A DNA stretch of 11,414 nt from Candidatus Hermodarchaeota archaeon (GTDB taxonomy: Archaea; Asgardarchaeota; Lokiarchaeia; Sigyniarchaeales; SOKP01). The stretch covers positions 17,101 through 28,514 of the forward strand of contig JBHLLO010000036.1 of NCBI GenBank assembly GCA_048885535.1. Reading direction: 5' to 3'. The notes under the pieces were generated by a model. That model did no database searches. It was not told where the DNA came from and was given only the letters and a program-made list of their open reading frames with translations. Position numbers and translations under genes: made by a program. This document shows positions 1-7,559 of this stretch, piece by piece. Every line of letters begins with the position of its first letter. Within the stretch, counting starts at the first letter, position 1.

Positions 1-4
1 TTTT

Positions 5-718
5 TTAAGAAGTGCTCCGTGGTTTAGGCATAAAATTATACAACCATAATGCGAATTCACGAGGATTCCTTGATTGCATTATAACCCTTCCAGGACCTTT
101 TAATTGAGTTATCAAGCCTTCACCTGAAAGAAATGTCGATTTTAAACCTCCTACTCTTTTAATATCAAAAGAGACCGTTGATTCCATTGCAACTAAATGC
201 CCATTATCACAATTAAAAAGTTGATTGTCAGCTAGATTCATCTCTATAAATGCCCCCATAGCACCAACAAATAAGTCTCCGGGTCCATTTAACGCATCTA
301 TTTTTAAATAAAATGCTCTTTCCCCTCCAAAAATGGACCTTTTTAAACCCAAAAAACTTGTTTCTGTTTCGAAATGTATAGAGCTAGCAATAAAACACCC
401 GCTAAAAAGTATCCAACTATCATTCTTTTCTAGGGAAAGATGCATTAAATCCCCCGGAAAAGAAGGGGCTAATCCTAGATTCCCAGCTTCATTAGCTTCA
501 AAAGTGTTCATAAAAAAAGTCTCACCCGCTAAAACACGTTTTAATGATTTCAAAAAGCCTTTTGAAGCTTTTTTAGTAGAGATATTTAAAGTAGGATCAA
601 AATATATCATCGTTCCGCCTTCACATTGTATTTGTTGTCCTTTACTTAAATGAACTTCTATATAAGAAAAAGTAGGACTTTTTAATATTTCATATTCATA
701 CTCTTTTCCTTTCGCCAT
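5..718 (-). CDS. TIGR00266 / AIM24-family protein
   Basis: 237 aa ORF with ATG start. It has the family pattern: 'CEGGTMIY', 'LKRVLAGETFFMNTF', 'LAPSFPGD', 'DNGHLVAM', 'GGLKSTFLSGEGLITQLKGPGRVIMQSR'. Confidence 0.9.
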   Translation of the reverse strand: MAKGKEYEYEILKSPTFSYIEVHLSKGQQIQCEGGTMIYFDPTLNISTKKASKGFLKSLKRVLAGETFFMNTFEANEAGNLGLAPSFPGDLMHLSLEKNDSWILFSGCFIASSIHFETETSFLGLKRSIFGGERAFYLKIDALNGPGDLFVGAMGAFIEMNLADNQLFNCDNGHLVAMESTVSFDIKRVGGLKSTFLSGEGLITQLKGPGRVIMQSRNPREFALWLYNFMPKPRSTS

Positions 719-874
719 AATCCTTCAAGATATTATTTTTTAATAAAAGAAGTATAAATTAATCTTAATAAACTTTTTTAAGATTACTTTAGCAACAAAA
801 AAAGAAGTTATGCATTTTTTTTAATTAAAGACAGAAAATCATTAGTGGTTCTTCGCAAATATTAAGGACCTCAA

Positions 875-911
875 AAATAGAAAAATAAACCACTCTACCT
901 TATTTGGTTTA
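875..911 (-). terminator. Possible terminator of the acyl-CoA dehydrogenase gene (hairpin followed by U-tracts)
   Basis: Minus strand reads TAAACCA-N12-TGGTTTA (911-886) followed directly by TTTTTCTATTTTT, about 55-90 nt after the stop codon. The AT-rich background makes chance matches possible. Confidence 0.35.
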
Positions 912-964
912 AAATTTTTAATGGTTATAAAAAAATTAAGAAAAAGATTAGTGAAAATTCTAAG

Positions 965-2266
965 TTATATACCAGTCATTTTGTATAATTGTCTCATGGC
1001 CATACTCATAATGTAACACTGGATTTGCCGGCTTCCTCCGACTATTTCCTGAATCCTGGAGATGTTTAGAAGATCGTGCATCAGTGTGTTATCAGACAAT
1101 CCAGCACCGCCCATAAGGTTAGCAGCCTCGTAACAAATTTGCATTGAAAGCGATGTACAATGATATTTGAACATCGAAGCTGAAGCTACTAGCGCTTGCG
1201 ATATATTTTTTGGTAGTTCACCGCCAAATTTCTCTACTTTTTCATCATACTTTTCACAAAACCTTAGAAGTCCAAGAGTTACATTAGTTAGTCGTGCCCA
1301 GAGATCTGTTAAAAGAAAGCCTACACCCTGGAATTTCAGGATTTCTTGATCAAATTGCTTTCGGTTGTTAACATAAATTGCTGCATGAGCGACAGCATTC
1401 CAACATTGGGAAGTAGAGTCTAAGGCAATACCAATTCGTTCCGGTACTAAACCTTCAAATAAATGTTCTCTACCCTTTCCAATTCCTCCTAAAACAAACT
1501 CTTTGGGAACTTGTAAATTCTTGAAAAATTCATGCCCGAGGAAAACGCGTGGAACCCAAGGAATAAAGACTCGCTCACAAACCCATCCATCTGAAGATGT
1601 ATCAATGAGAAATTGAGCCATTGTATTACCGTTGTTAGCTTCAGCTGTAGCATAAGCAACTACATAATCTGACTTTGGAGCATTGGTATTGTATATTTTT
1701 TCTCCATTTAAAATGAAACTACCATCTGGTTGTTCTTCACATAGAGTAAGCATATGAACGGCATCTGATCCGCGTTCCGGTTCGGTGATTAGAATAGCAC
1801 CTGGAGTTTCTCCGGTTACATACTTTTTTAAAATTTCCAATCTAATGGGGATATTTTCATGATGATAATAAACCGGATTTATAGCTAACACAGTTGCCCC
1901 ACCTGCCATACTGAATTGTGGATCAAAGAAATTAAGAGCTAAACAACGTAATAATTCAATGGTCAGTCCATTTTCCGGATAATTAAGGTCAATCTCTTCA
2001 TATGGATGCGCTCTGGAGATAAGACCTTCCTTTCCAAACTCCGGAATCCATTCATAGACGTCTTCATCAGTTCTATGAGTGATATTATTTTTTTTCTCAA
2101 ATTTTATACAAAATTTTTCAGCTTTTTTTAGGAAATTAAGTTGTTCTGGTTCTAAAGTGGTCATTAGAGCAGTATTGAGGAATTGATATCTATTTTTTAA
2201 GCTTAATTTCTCTAAAATTTCATCATTAATAGCTTGACTCATAAATTTGGTTTCTTTCTCTTCCAA
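965..2266 (-). CDS. Acyl-CoA dehydrogenase family protein
   Basis: Motifs 'ITEPERGSDA', 'ILNGEKIYNTNA', 'RKQFDQEILKFQGV', 'LMGGAG', 'RIQEIVGGSRQIQ'. The TTG start at 2266 is preceded by an SD-like GAGGAG. Alternative ATG at 2242. Confidence 0.93.
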   Translation of the reverse strand: MEEKETKFMSQAINDEILEKLSLKNRYQFLNTALMTTLEPEQLNFLKKAEKFCIKFEKKNNITHRTDEDVYEWIPEFGKEGLISRAHPYEEIDLNYPENGLTIELLRCLALNFFDPQFSMAGGATVLAINPVYYHHENIPIRLEILKKYVTGETPGAILITEPERGSDAVHMLTLCEEQPDGSFILNGEKIYNTNAPKSDYVVAYATAEANNGNTMAQFLIDTSSDGWVCERVFIPWVPRVFLGHEFFKNLQVPKEFVLGGIGKGREHLFEGLVPERIGIALDSTSQCWNAVAHAAIYVNNRKQFDQEILKFQGVGFLLTDLWARLTNVTLGLLRFCEKYDEKVEKFGGELPKNISQALVASASMFKYHCTSLSMQICYEAANLMGGAGLSDNTLMHDLLNISRIQEIVGGSRQIQCYIMSMAMRQLYKMTGI

Positions 2267-2566
2267 TTTTAACTCCTCTTTAATTTATTTAATATTTTAT
2301 AGGAATAGTATTATGATTAGAAAAGTAAGAATTGACTTTTTAATTTTGTTAAAATTTGATTTTCTACTTTGAAAAGTTTATGTCTATTTTTGAAAATTTT
2401 CTAAGAATTTGTTAAATGTTAGATAAGATTAAGTAAAACTATTTAGGATTCTAATTAATTGAATTTTTAATTTTTATCCTAAAATTCTGCTTTTTTTTAA
2501 TACTAATTGTTTAAATTGCTAATAGATAATCCCTCTGAAAGAAAAGCATGACAAAAAAATGTAATA

Positions 2567-3313
2567 CTATGTAATTAGACTTTTTAATCTTGTTGAAAAT
2601 TTCTTAGAAATGATGAGGGCTGTTTCAAAAGGGCAACTCTTTCTAAATTGTATAATTGAGATAAAGTTGCCTATTCCCACTAAAGATAATATTCCATAGT
2701 CCTCAAGAGATATCAACTCGTGTATTCTAGAATTGCCTATAATAAAACGACTTTCTAGAAGCCTTATAATTTCTGACAAGACATTAGGATCTAAATACGA
2801 GAGAATAATTCGTCCTGTTTGAGTCAACAAGGCAGAAGAGATGACAAAAGAAGAAAAAGTATGTAATTCTTGGAATACATCAACAAGATCTCTTTGGATT
2901 TCCTCGGATATTAACTTTTTACTTCTCTCCATTATATCATGTATATTTTCTTCAAAATCTTGATATTTCGAAACTTCACCATCAAAATTTTCTGTGATTA
3001 GATTAAGATCAAATTTTTCTAAGAACTGAGTTTTAATTTCTTTTAATTGATTCCTAAGTTCTACTAAATTGTCTGTACGATCACTAAATAAAGCGAACAT
3101 CAATTCGCTGGAATTTGCTTTTTCGATTTCAAAAATAAACCTGAATGGTCCGACTTCTATTTCTGATAATTCTTTAGTTCTAAGAGTTTGATTAACAAAC
3201 GAAAAAATAGCACTTAAAAAGCTACTAGTGAGCTTAATGTTAAAAATATCCTCATAAGTTTTATAAAAGATTAATTCTCCTGTTGATTTCATAATGAAGA
3301 TATTTTTAATCAT
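2567..3313 (-). CDS. Longin-like N-terminal domain plus roadblock/LC7-like C-terminal domain protein (eukaryotic-signature type)
   Basis: The N-terminus 'IKNIFIMKSTGELIFYKTY...SSFLSAIFSFVNQ...IEVGPFRFIF...LMFALFSD...LKEIKTQFLEKF...FEENIHDI' follows the longin beta-beta-alpha-beta-beta-beta-alpha-alpha pattern. The C-terminus has a helix, then 'VISSALLTQTGRIILSY', then a helix, beta strands and a final helix, which is the roadblock/profilin-like pattern. The longin call is firmer than the roadblock call. Confidence 0.7.
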   Translation of the reverse strand: MIKNIFIMKSTGELIFYKTYEDIFNIKLTSSFLSAIFSFVNQTLRTKELSEIEVGPFRFIFEIEKANSSELMFALFSDRTDNLVELRNQLKEIKTQFLEKFDLNLITENFDGEVSKYQDFEENIHDIMERSKKLISEEIQRDLVDVFQELHTFSSFVISSALLTQTGRIILSYLDPNVLSEIIRLLESRFIIGNSRIHELISLEDYGILSLVGIGNFISIIQFRKSCPFETALIISKKFSTRLKSLIT

Positions 3314-3501
3314 TGCAATCAGAAAATAAATAGTTCTTAAAAAATAACTTTCTACATCATTTATGAAAATCCTTCTATAAAAATGCTTTTAAATATATAA
3401 TAATAGTTGAAAGGCAACAAAAATAGAGAATCTATTATTGTAAAATTTTCAATTGAAGTAATTTTTAGAAAAGATCTTGTTAAATTTTGATTTATTACCT
3501 A

Positions 3502-4266
3502 TTAAAATCCATCAAATTTAGCCCATTCATCATCTTCTTCAAATTCTTCTTCCTCTTCTTCAAATTCTTCGAATTTTTCTTGTTCTTCGCGATCTGTATA
3601 TTCTTCCTCAGCTTCTCCATAATCATCATCAAAAGTAATTGATTTTTCTAAATCTGTTATTATCTCTGCCTGGCTAACTTGTACTTTTGGTATCTCTCTC
3701 TTTTCAGGTGCTTTCTTTTCTACTAGTTTTAAATAATCTCCATGAATTTTTATGGTTATAGGTGTTTCTTCTTGTAATAGTCTTACTACCACCTCTTCAC
3801 TACTAGAAGTGTCATGAGGCATTCGCATCACAATAGCTCTTGCGCCTTCAAAAACTCCACTAATAATTTCTACAGTGTCTCCTTCCTCTAAATATTCTGT
3901 CACGCTTCTTGGGAGTAAAACATGTTTCAATTCCTTTAATTTAATATTTTGTACAATTCTTCCTTTAATATGAGGTATTCCTTGGACAGCTATTTGAACA
4001 CTCCTCTTTTGGGGCGCCTCGAAAAAGATATATCCGGGTAACAATGGGCTAATTAACATTGCTCTAATATCTGGCACATTATCTAAAATCTTAAACCGAT
4101 AAAAGATTTGCTTTAAAATGTTACTTTCTTGATTAATTGTAGTTCTAACAGCGAACAGAGTAGTAGAAGGGGATTCCTCCTCATCTAGATCGGTCGTAAG
4201 GCTAATATCATTCGCCCTTATTTCTTTTTCCTCATTTTCATTATCTTGATCTGTCAAATTTTTCAC
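3502..4266 (-). CDS. spt5: Transcription elongation factor Spt5 (NusG family, NGN+KOW) with acidic N- and C-terminal extensions
   Basis: NGN domain 'LFAVRTTINQE...LPGYIFFEA...GIPHIKG' and KOW domain 'LEEGDTVEIISGVFEGARAIV'. GTG start with AAGGA upstream. Confidence 0.9.
   Translation of the reverse strand: MKNLTDQDNENEEKEIRANDISLTTDLDEEESPSTTLFAVRTTINQESNILKQIFYRFKILDNVPDIRAMLISPLLPGYIFFEAPQKRSVQIAVQGIPHIKGRIVQNIKLKELKHVLLPRSVTEYLEEGDTVEIISGVFEGARAIVMRMPHDTSSSEEVVVRLLQEETPITIKIHGDYLKLVEKKAPEKREIPKVQVSQAEIITDLEKSITFDDDYGEAEEEYTDREEQEKFEEFEEEEEEFEEDDEWAKFDGF
3533..3570. repeat. 17-nt direct repeat (tcttcttcaaattcttc x2, 21-nt period) in the Spt5 acidic tail
   Basis: Copies at 3533-3549 and 3554-3570 encode the repeated EEFEE units. 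Confidence 0.8.
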
Positions 4267-4407
4267 TTAATCCTTATTTGAATTCTCCAATATATTTAAT
4301 TTTGTTAAAAATCTTGAAAAAAAAGTCTAAGATAATAAGGTATTGCTAAATTTTAAAATTTTGCTTTTAATCTAATAATAATTAAAATATTTAAGAGATT
4401 ATAGGTT

Positions 4408-4797
4408 TTAAAAGGGAATGTTATTGACATCTAATATTTCGGGTATTCTTTTTTTACGTTCTAGCCACCCTATCTCAGCATTTGTATATCTCCAAGTAAT
4501 TTCACACTTTCCAGATTCTTCAGCAGTTTGAGTTTCCCAATCCCACGGATTTACAATAACTAGATCGCCTTTACGAATCCACACCCTTTTTTTTATTTTG
4601 CCTCGAATTCTACCAATTCGATGTTTTCCATCTTCGCAAAACACACCCATACGATCATTTCCATATATCTCAACAACTCTTCCAAACATTTCTCCTAACT
4701 CTTTACTAGGAAATTTAACTCGGGTGATCACTGGAGGTTCACTACTTCCTCCACGACCTTTGCCTTTACCGCCTTTTTTTTTACTTTTCTTTGCCAT
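4408..4797 (-). CDS. eif1a: Translation initiation factor aIF1A (eIF1A)
   Basis: OB-fold signature 'GEMFGRVVEIYGNDRMGVFCEDGKHRIGRIRGKIKKRVWIRKGDLVIVNPWD...ITWRYT...WL'. Confidence 0.96.
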   Translation of the reverse strand: MAKKSKKKGGKGKGRGGSSEPPVITRVKFPSKELGEMFGRVVEIYGNDRMGVFCEDGKHRIGRIRGKIKKRVWIRKGDLVIVNPWDWETQTAEESGKCEITWRYTNAEIGWLERKKRIPEILDVNNIPF

Positions 4798-4823
4798 ACT
4801 TAATCATAATTATTAATTAATTA

Positions 4824-5162
4824 TTATTCAATTTTATCATCTGGTTTATATTCTCCTTTAATGAACACAATTTTAATTGGTTTATCTGAATCATTTTTAA
4901 TATTATGCATTTCCTTTGGCTCACATAGGAAGACACTGCCTTGTGGAGCAGGATATTCTTTATTATCAATAATCATTACACCATTACCTTCAAGAAAGTA
5001 AAAGGTTTCATCCACAACATTATGTCCATGAGCTTTTTCTCCCATCATCTCACCTGGTTTGAGTAAAATTAAGCCCCAATCAATACTTGGTCCTCGCATC
5101 AAATATTTTACTCCACTTTCACCTTTTCTAAATTCAAAATCACTTTCATGAACTTTTTTCAT
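4824..5162 (-). CDS. Cupin domain protein (Cupin_2 type)
   Basis: Metal motif 1 'HGHNVVDETFYFLEGNG' and motif 2 'GSVFLCEPKEMHNIKN'. ATG at 5162 is preferred; the ORF track starts at TTG 5174. Confidence 0.88.
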   Translation of the reverse strand: MKKVHESDFEFRKGESGVKYLMRGPSIDWGLILLKPGEMMGEKAHGHNVVDETFYFLEGNGVMIIDNKEYPAPQGSVFLCEPKEMHNIKNDSDKPIKIVFIKGEYKPDDKIE

Positions 5163-5317
5163 TTTAAATCCCAATAGACCTTCGATTATTATTACGAATT
5201 ATCAAAATTAAGTTAAAAATCTTATTATAAAAACCTTAATGATTGAAGATTGCATTTAATACTAGTACACTTAAAAATATAATTAATATTATAATTAAAA
5301 AGGAAAAGGTTAGAATT

Positions 5318-6505
5318 TTGATACCCAATTTTAATTTCACAAGTACTCCTCAAATTATTTTCGGTCCTGGGACGATTAATCAACTTTTTAACATCATCCC
5401 TAAATTTGGAAGTAGTGTGTTGTATGTTATAGGAGAAGAATCCCTTAAAAAATCAGAAAAATGGAATGAAATTCTAGAAAAGTCAAACGAAAATTCTATC
5501 AATTTTACAACTGTTTCAGTATCAGATGAACCATCACCTAACCTTATTGACAATACTGTAGACCAGTATAGGAATGAAAAGTTTGATTTAATTATTGGAA
5601 TCGGTGGAGGAAGCGTTATAGATGCTGGAAAAGCAATATCTGCTATGATCCTAAAAAAGGACTCAATAAGGAATTATTTAGAAGGCGTTGGGACTAAAAC
5701 ACATGATGGAATTAAAATACCATATATAGCAATTCCTACAACATCTGGAACTGGCAGTGAGGCGACAAAAAATGCTGTTATTAGTGAAATTGGACCTTAT
5801 GGTTATAAAAAATCACTTAGGCATGACAATTTTGTCCCTGATTATGCCATAATTGACCCTGAGCTCGTAGTTTCTTGTCCCATAACAATTACTGCAGCGT
5901 GTGGTTTGGATGCATTTACTCAACTTTTAGAAGCTTACACATCAACTAAATCAACTCCTCTCACAGATTCCTTAGCTTATAATGGCATGGAATATATAAA
6001 GGATGCAATAATCCCAGTTTGCACAACCAACCCCCTAAGCTTGGATCTGAGAGCATATATGGCTTATGGTTCACTTTTGTCTGGTATTTGCTTAGCAAAT
6101 GCAGGCCTAGGAATCGTCCACGGATTAGCGTCATCTATTGGAGGATTATTTCGAATACCTCATGGAGTCGTGTGTGGAACTCTACTAGCTGAAGGCACTA
6201 AAAAGAATATAATGAATTTAAAAAGGAAAGGTCCTTCTGGTAAAAAAGAGTTATATAAATATGCCAATGTGGGTGCTCTCTTCGATGGAAAGAAAGAGTT
6301 TGATCAAACTCAAGTTGATTACTATTGTTCATTGTTAATTGAAAATCTAGAAAAATGGACTACATATTTGAGAATTGAGCGTTTGGGGAAATATAGAATA
6401 AGGATTGATGATATTGAGAAAATAGTATCCAAAACTGGACTAAAGAATAATCCTGTTTCATTGAATAAAGAGGAGATTTATGATCTTGTTAAAAATCGTA
6501 TTTAA
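5318..6505 (+). CDS. Iron-containing (group III) alcohol dehydrogenase
   Basis: Motifs 'IIFGPG', 'GIGGGSVIDAGKA', 'IPTTSGTGSEAT', 'GLDAFTQLLEAY', 'GLGIVHGLA', 'PHGVVCG'. Start moved to TTG 5318 (MIPNFNF), which follows AGGAAAAGGT. The 25 upstream codons look like AT-rich intergenic DNA. Confidence 0.93.
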   Translation: MIPNFNFTSTPQIIFGPGTINQLFNIIPKFGSSVLYVIGEESLKKSEKWNEILEKSNENSINFTTVSVSDEPSPNLIDNTVDQYRNEKFDLIIGIGGGSVIDAGKAISAMILKKDSIRNYLEGVGTKTHDGIKIPYIAIPTTSGTGSEATKNAVISEIGPYGYKKSLRHDNFVPDYAIIDPELVVSCPITITAACGLDAFTQLLEAYTSTKSTPLTDSLAYNGMEYIKDAIIPVCTTNPLSLDLRAYMAYGSLLSGICLANAGLGIVHGLASSIGGLFRIPHGVVCGTLLAEGTKKNIMNLKRKGPSGKKELYKYANVGALFDGKKEFDQTQVDYYCSLLIENLEKWTTYLRIERLGKYRIRIDDIEKIVSKTGLKNNPVSLNKEEIYDLVKNRI

Positions 6506-7031
6506 TACGACTTTTTTCAAAATTACTCACAATTTCTTCTGCTAATAATTTAAATGCTAAATCTACATTATCTCCTGTCTTACTTGATATTTTTAAATAA
6601 TTAAAGAAGTTATGATGTTGCCTGAAACTGAAAAGAAAGTTGTCAGAAAGAAGCCCTGATTCTGCTAAATCTGATTTCGAACCAATAAACAAAATGGGTA
6701 AATTAGGATTTTCTGTTCTGCAAACTTCTACCCACTCCCCTATTTTTTCTAATGTGATTGGACGGGTTAAATCAAATAATAATAGAGCACCTTTGGCTCC
6801 TCTTGCATAATTTTTAAGAAGAAAACGGAATCTCTCTTGCCCTCCAAAATCCCAGATCTGTAAAACAACTTTTTCTCCATTAATATATATCTCTTTTAAG
6901 AAAAATTCAACGCCGATAGTCATTTGCATATTTTCTATGAATTTCCCTTCAATATACCTGTGAAGCATTGTGGTCTTCCCAACTCCACCATCACCAGCTA
7001 TGATTGTTTTAAATACTTTTGGTTTGGACAT
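6489..7031 (-). CDS. Rab-like Ras-superfamily small GTPase (paralog B)
   Basis: G1 GDGGVGKT, G2 TIGVEF, G3 WDFGGQERF, G4 variant SKSD, G5 SSK. No C-terminal Cys. Overlaps the 3' end of the convergent ADH gene by 17 bp. Confidence 0.93.
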   Translation of the reverse strand: MSKPKVFKTIIAGDGGVGKTTMLHRYIEGKFIENMQMTIGVEFFLKEIYINGEKVVLQIWDFGGQERFRFLLKNYARGAKGALLLFDLTRPITLEKIGEWVEVCRTENPNLPILFIGSKSDLAESGLLSDNFLFSFRQHHNFFNYLKISSKTGDNVDLAFKLLAEEIVSNFEKSRIKYDF

Positions 7032-7052
7032 TCGAGAGCACTTTTAGGATTT

Positions 7053-7076
7053 ACTAGTTAAATGACTAGTTTATAA
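7053..7076 (-). promoter_or_regulatory. Candidate TATA box plus paired palindromes upstream of GTPase B
   Basis: TTATAAA on the minus strand at 7076-7070, followed immediately by ACTAGT-N6-ACTAGT (7065-7070 and 7053-7058), 22-45 nt before the ATG at 7031. Confidence 0.35.
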
Positions 7077-7115
7077 TATTTGAAAAATTAAAGAGTAATA
7101 AATTTTATTCTTTAT

Positions 7116-7547
7116 TTAATCAAAAGTTAAATATTTTTTTTGTCTTAGGAAAATAGTGCCAATTCCTAATCTTTTTACTTCCTTTCGCAACTTAGAATCA
7201 TTAGTAGCTAAAAAAACACGCCAATTTTTTTCTTTTAAATTTATACATTGTTGAATTAAAAATTCATCTGTCGTTTCATATTTAGATTTCACTTTATTTT
7301 CAATTAAGAGCTTAAATCTCTGTTTGTTTGCTTCTATATATTTCAAACTTGATTTATACTCCCTTTGAAATTTAGTACTTTCTGATTCACGTATACATTT
7401 TGCTTCTAATTCGTCTAATATTTGTTTATATATTATAAAACATATCTTACCTTCGATATTTGAACTTATTTCATGAAAGTAGTCGATCTTAAATTGAAAA
7501 GGAAGTAAAATAAAATTAGAATCAATAACAATTACATTATTAAACAT
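7116..7547 (-). CDS. PIN-domain nuclease, archaeal Fcf1/Utp24-like
   Basis: 'VIVIDSNFILLPFQFKID', 'ILDELE', 'TDEFLI', 'LATNDSKLRK...GIGTIFLRQKKYL'. The PIN acidic residues appear intact. Confidence 0.88.
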   Translation of the reverse strand: MFNNVIVIDSNFILLPFQFKIDYFHEISSNIEGKICFIIYKQILDELEAKCIRESESTKFQREYKSSLKYIEANKQRFKLLIENKVKSKYETTDEFLIQQCINLKEKNWRVFLATNDSKLRKEVKRLGIGTIFLRQKKYLTFD

Positions 7548-7559
7548 TATAAATTTAGG

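Noticed and set aside
333-653. 106 aa plus-strand ORF
   Set aside because: Antisense shadow inside the TIGR00266 gene, with no recognisable motif.
844-894. Alternative inverted repeats (agtggtt/aaccact and ggttctt/aaggacc) suggesting an RNA switch
   Set aside because: Only 7-bp arms in AT-rich DNA, one of them imperfect on the transcribed strand, and no known RNA motif.
1167-1349. 60 aa plus-strand ORF
   Set aside because: Antisense to the acyl-CoA dehydrogenase gene.
4598-4816. 72 aa plus-strand Pro-rich ORF
   Set aside because: Antisense to aIF1A. The Pro/Leu/Phe run mirrors the Gly/Lys codons on the other strand.
5243-5317. 25-aa N-terminal extension of the ADH in the ORF track
   Set aside because: AT-rich divergent promoter region. 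Family similarity and the SD-like motif point to TTG 5318.
6489-6505. 17-bp convergent overlap between ADH and GTPase B
   Set aside because: Real, but common in compact archaeal genomes, with no sign of a special function.
7032-7115. PIN and GTPase B are also in the same frame
   Set aside because: PIN ends in TAA and a second in-frame TAA (7073-7071) lies in the gap, so a fusion is implausible.
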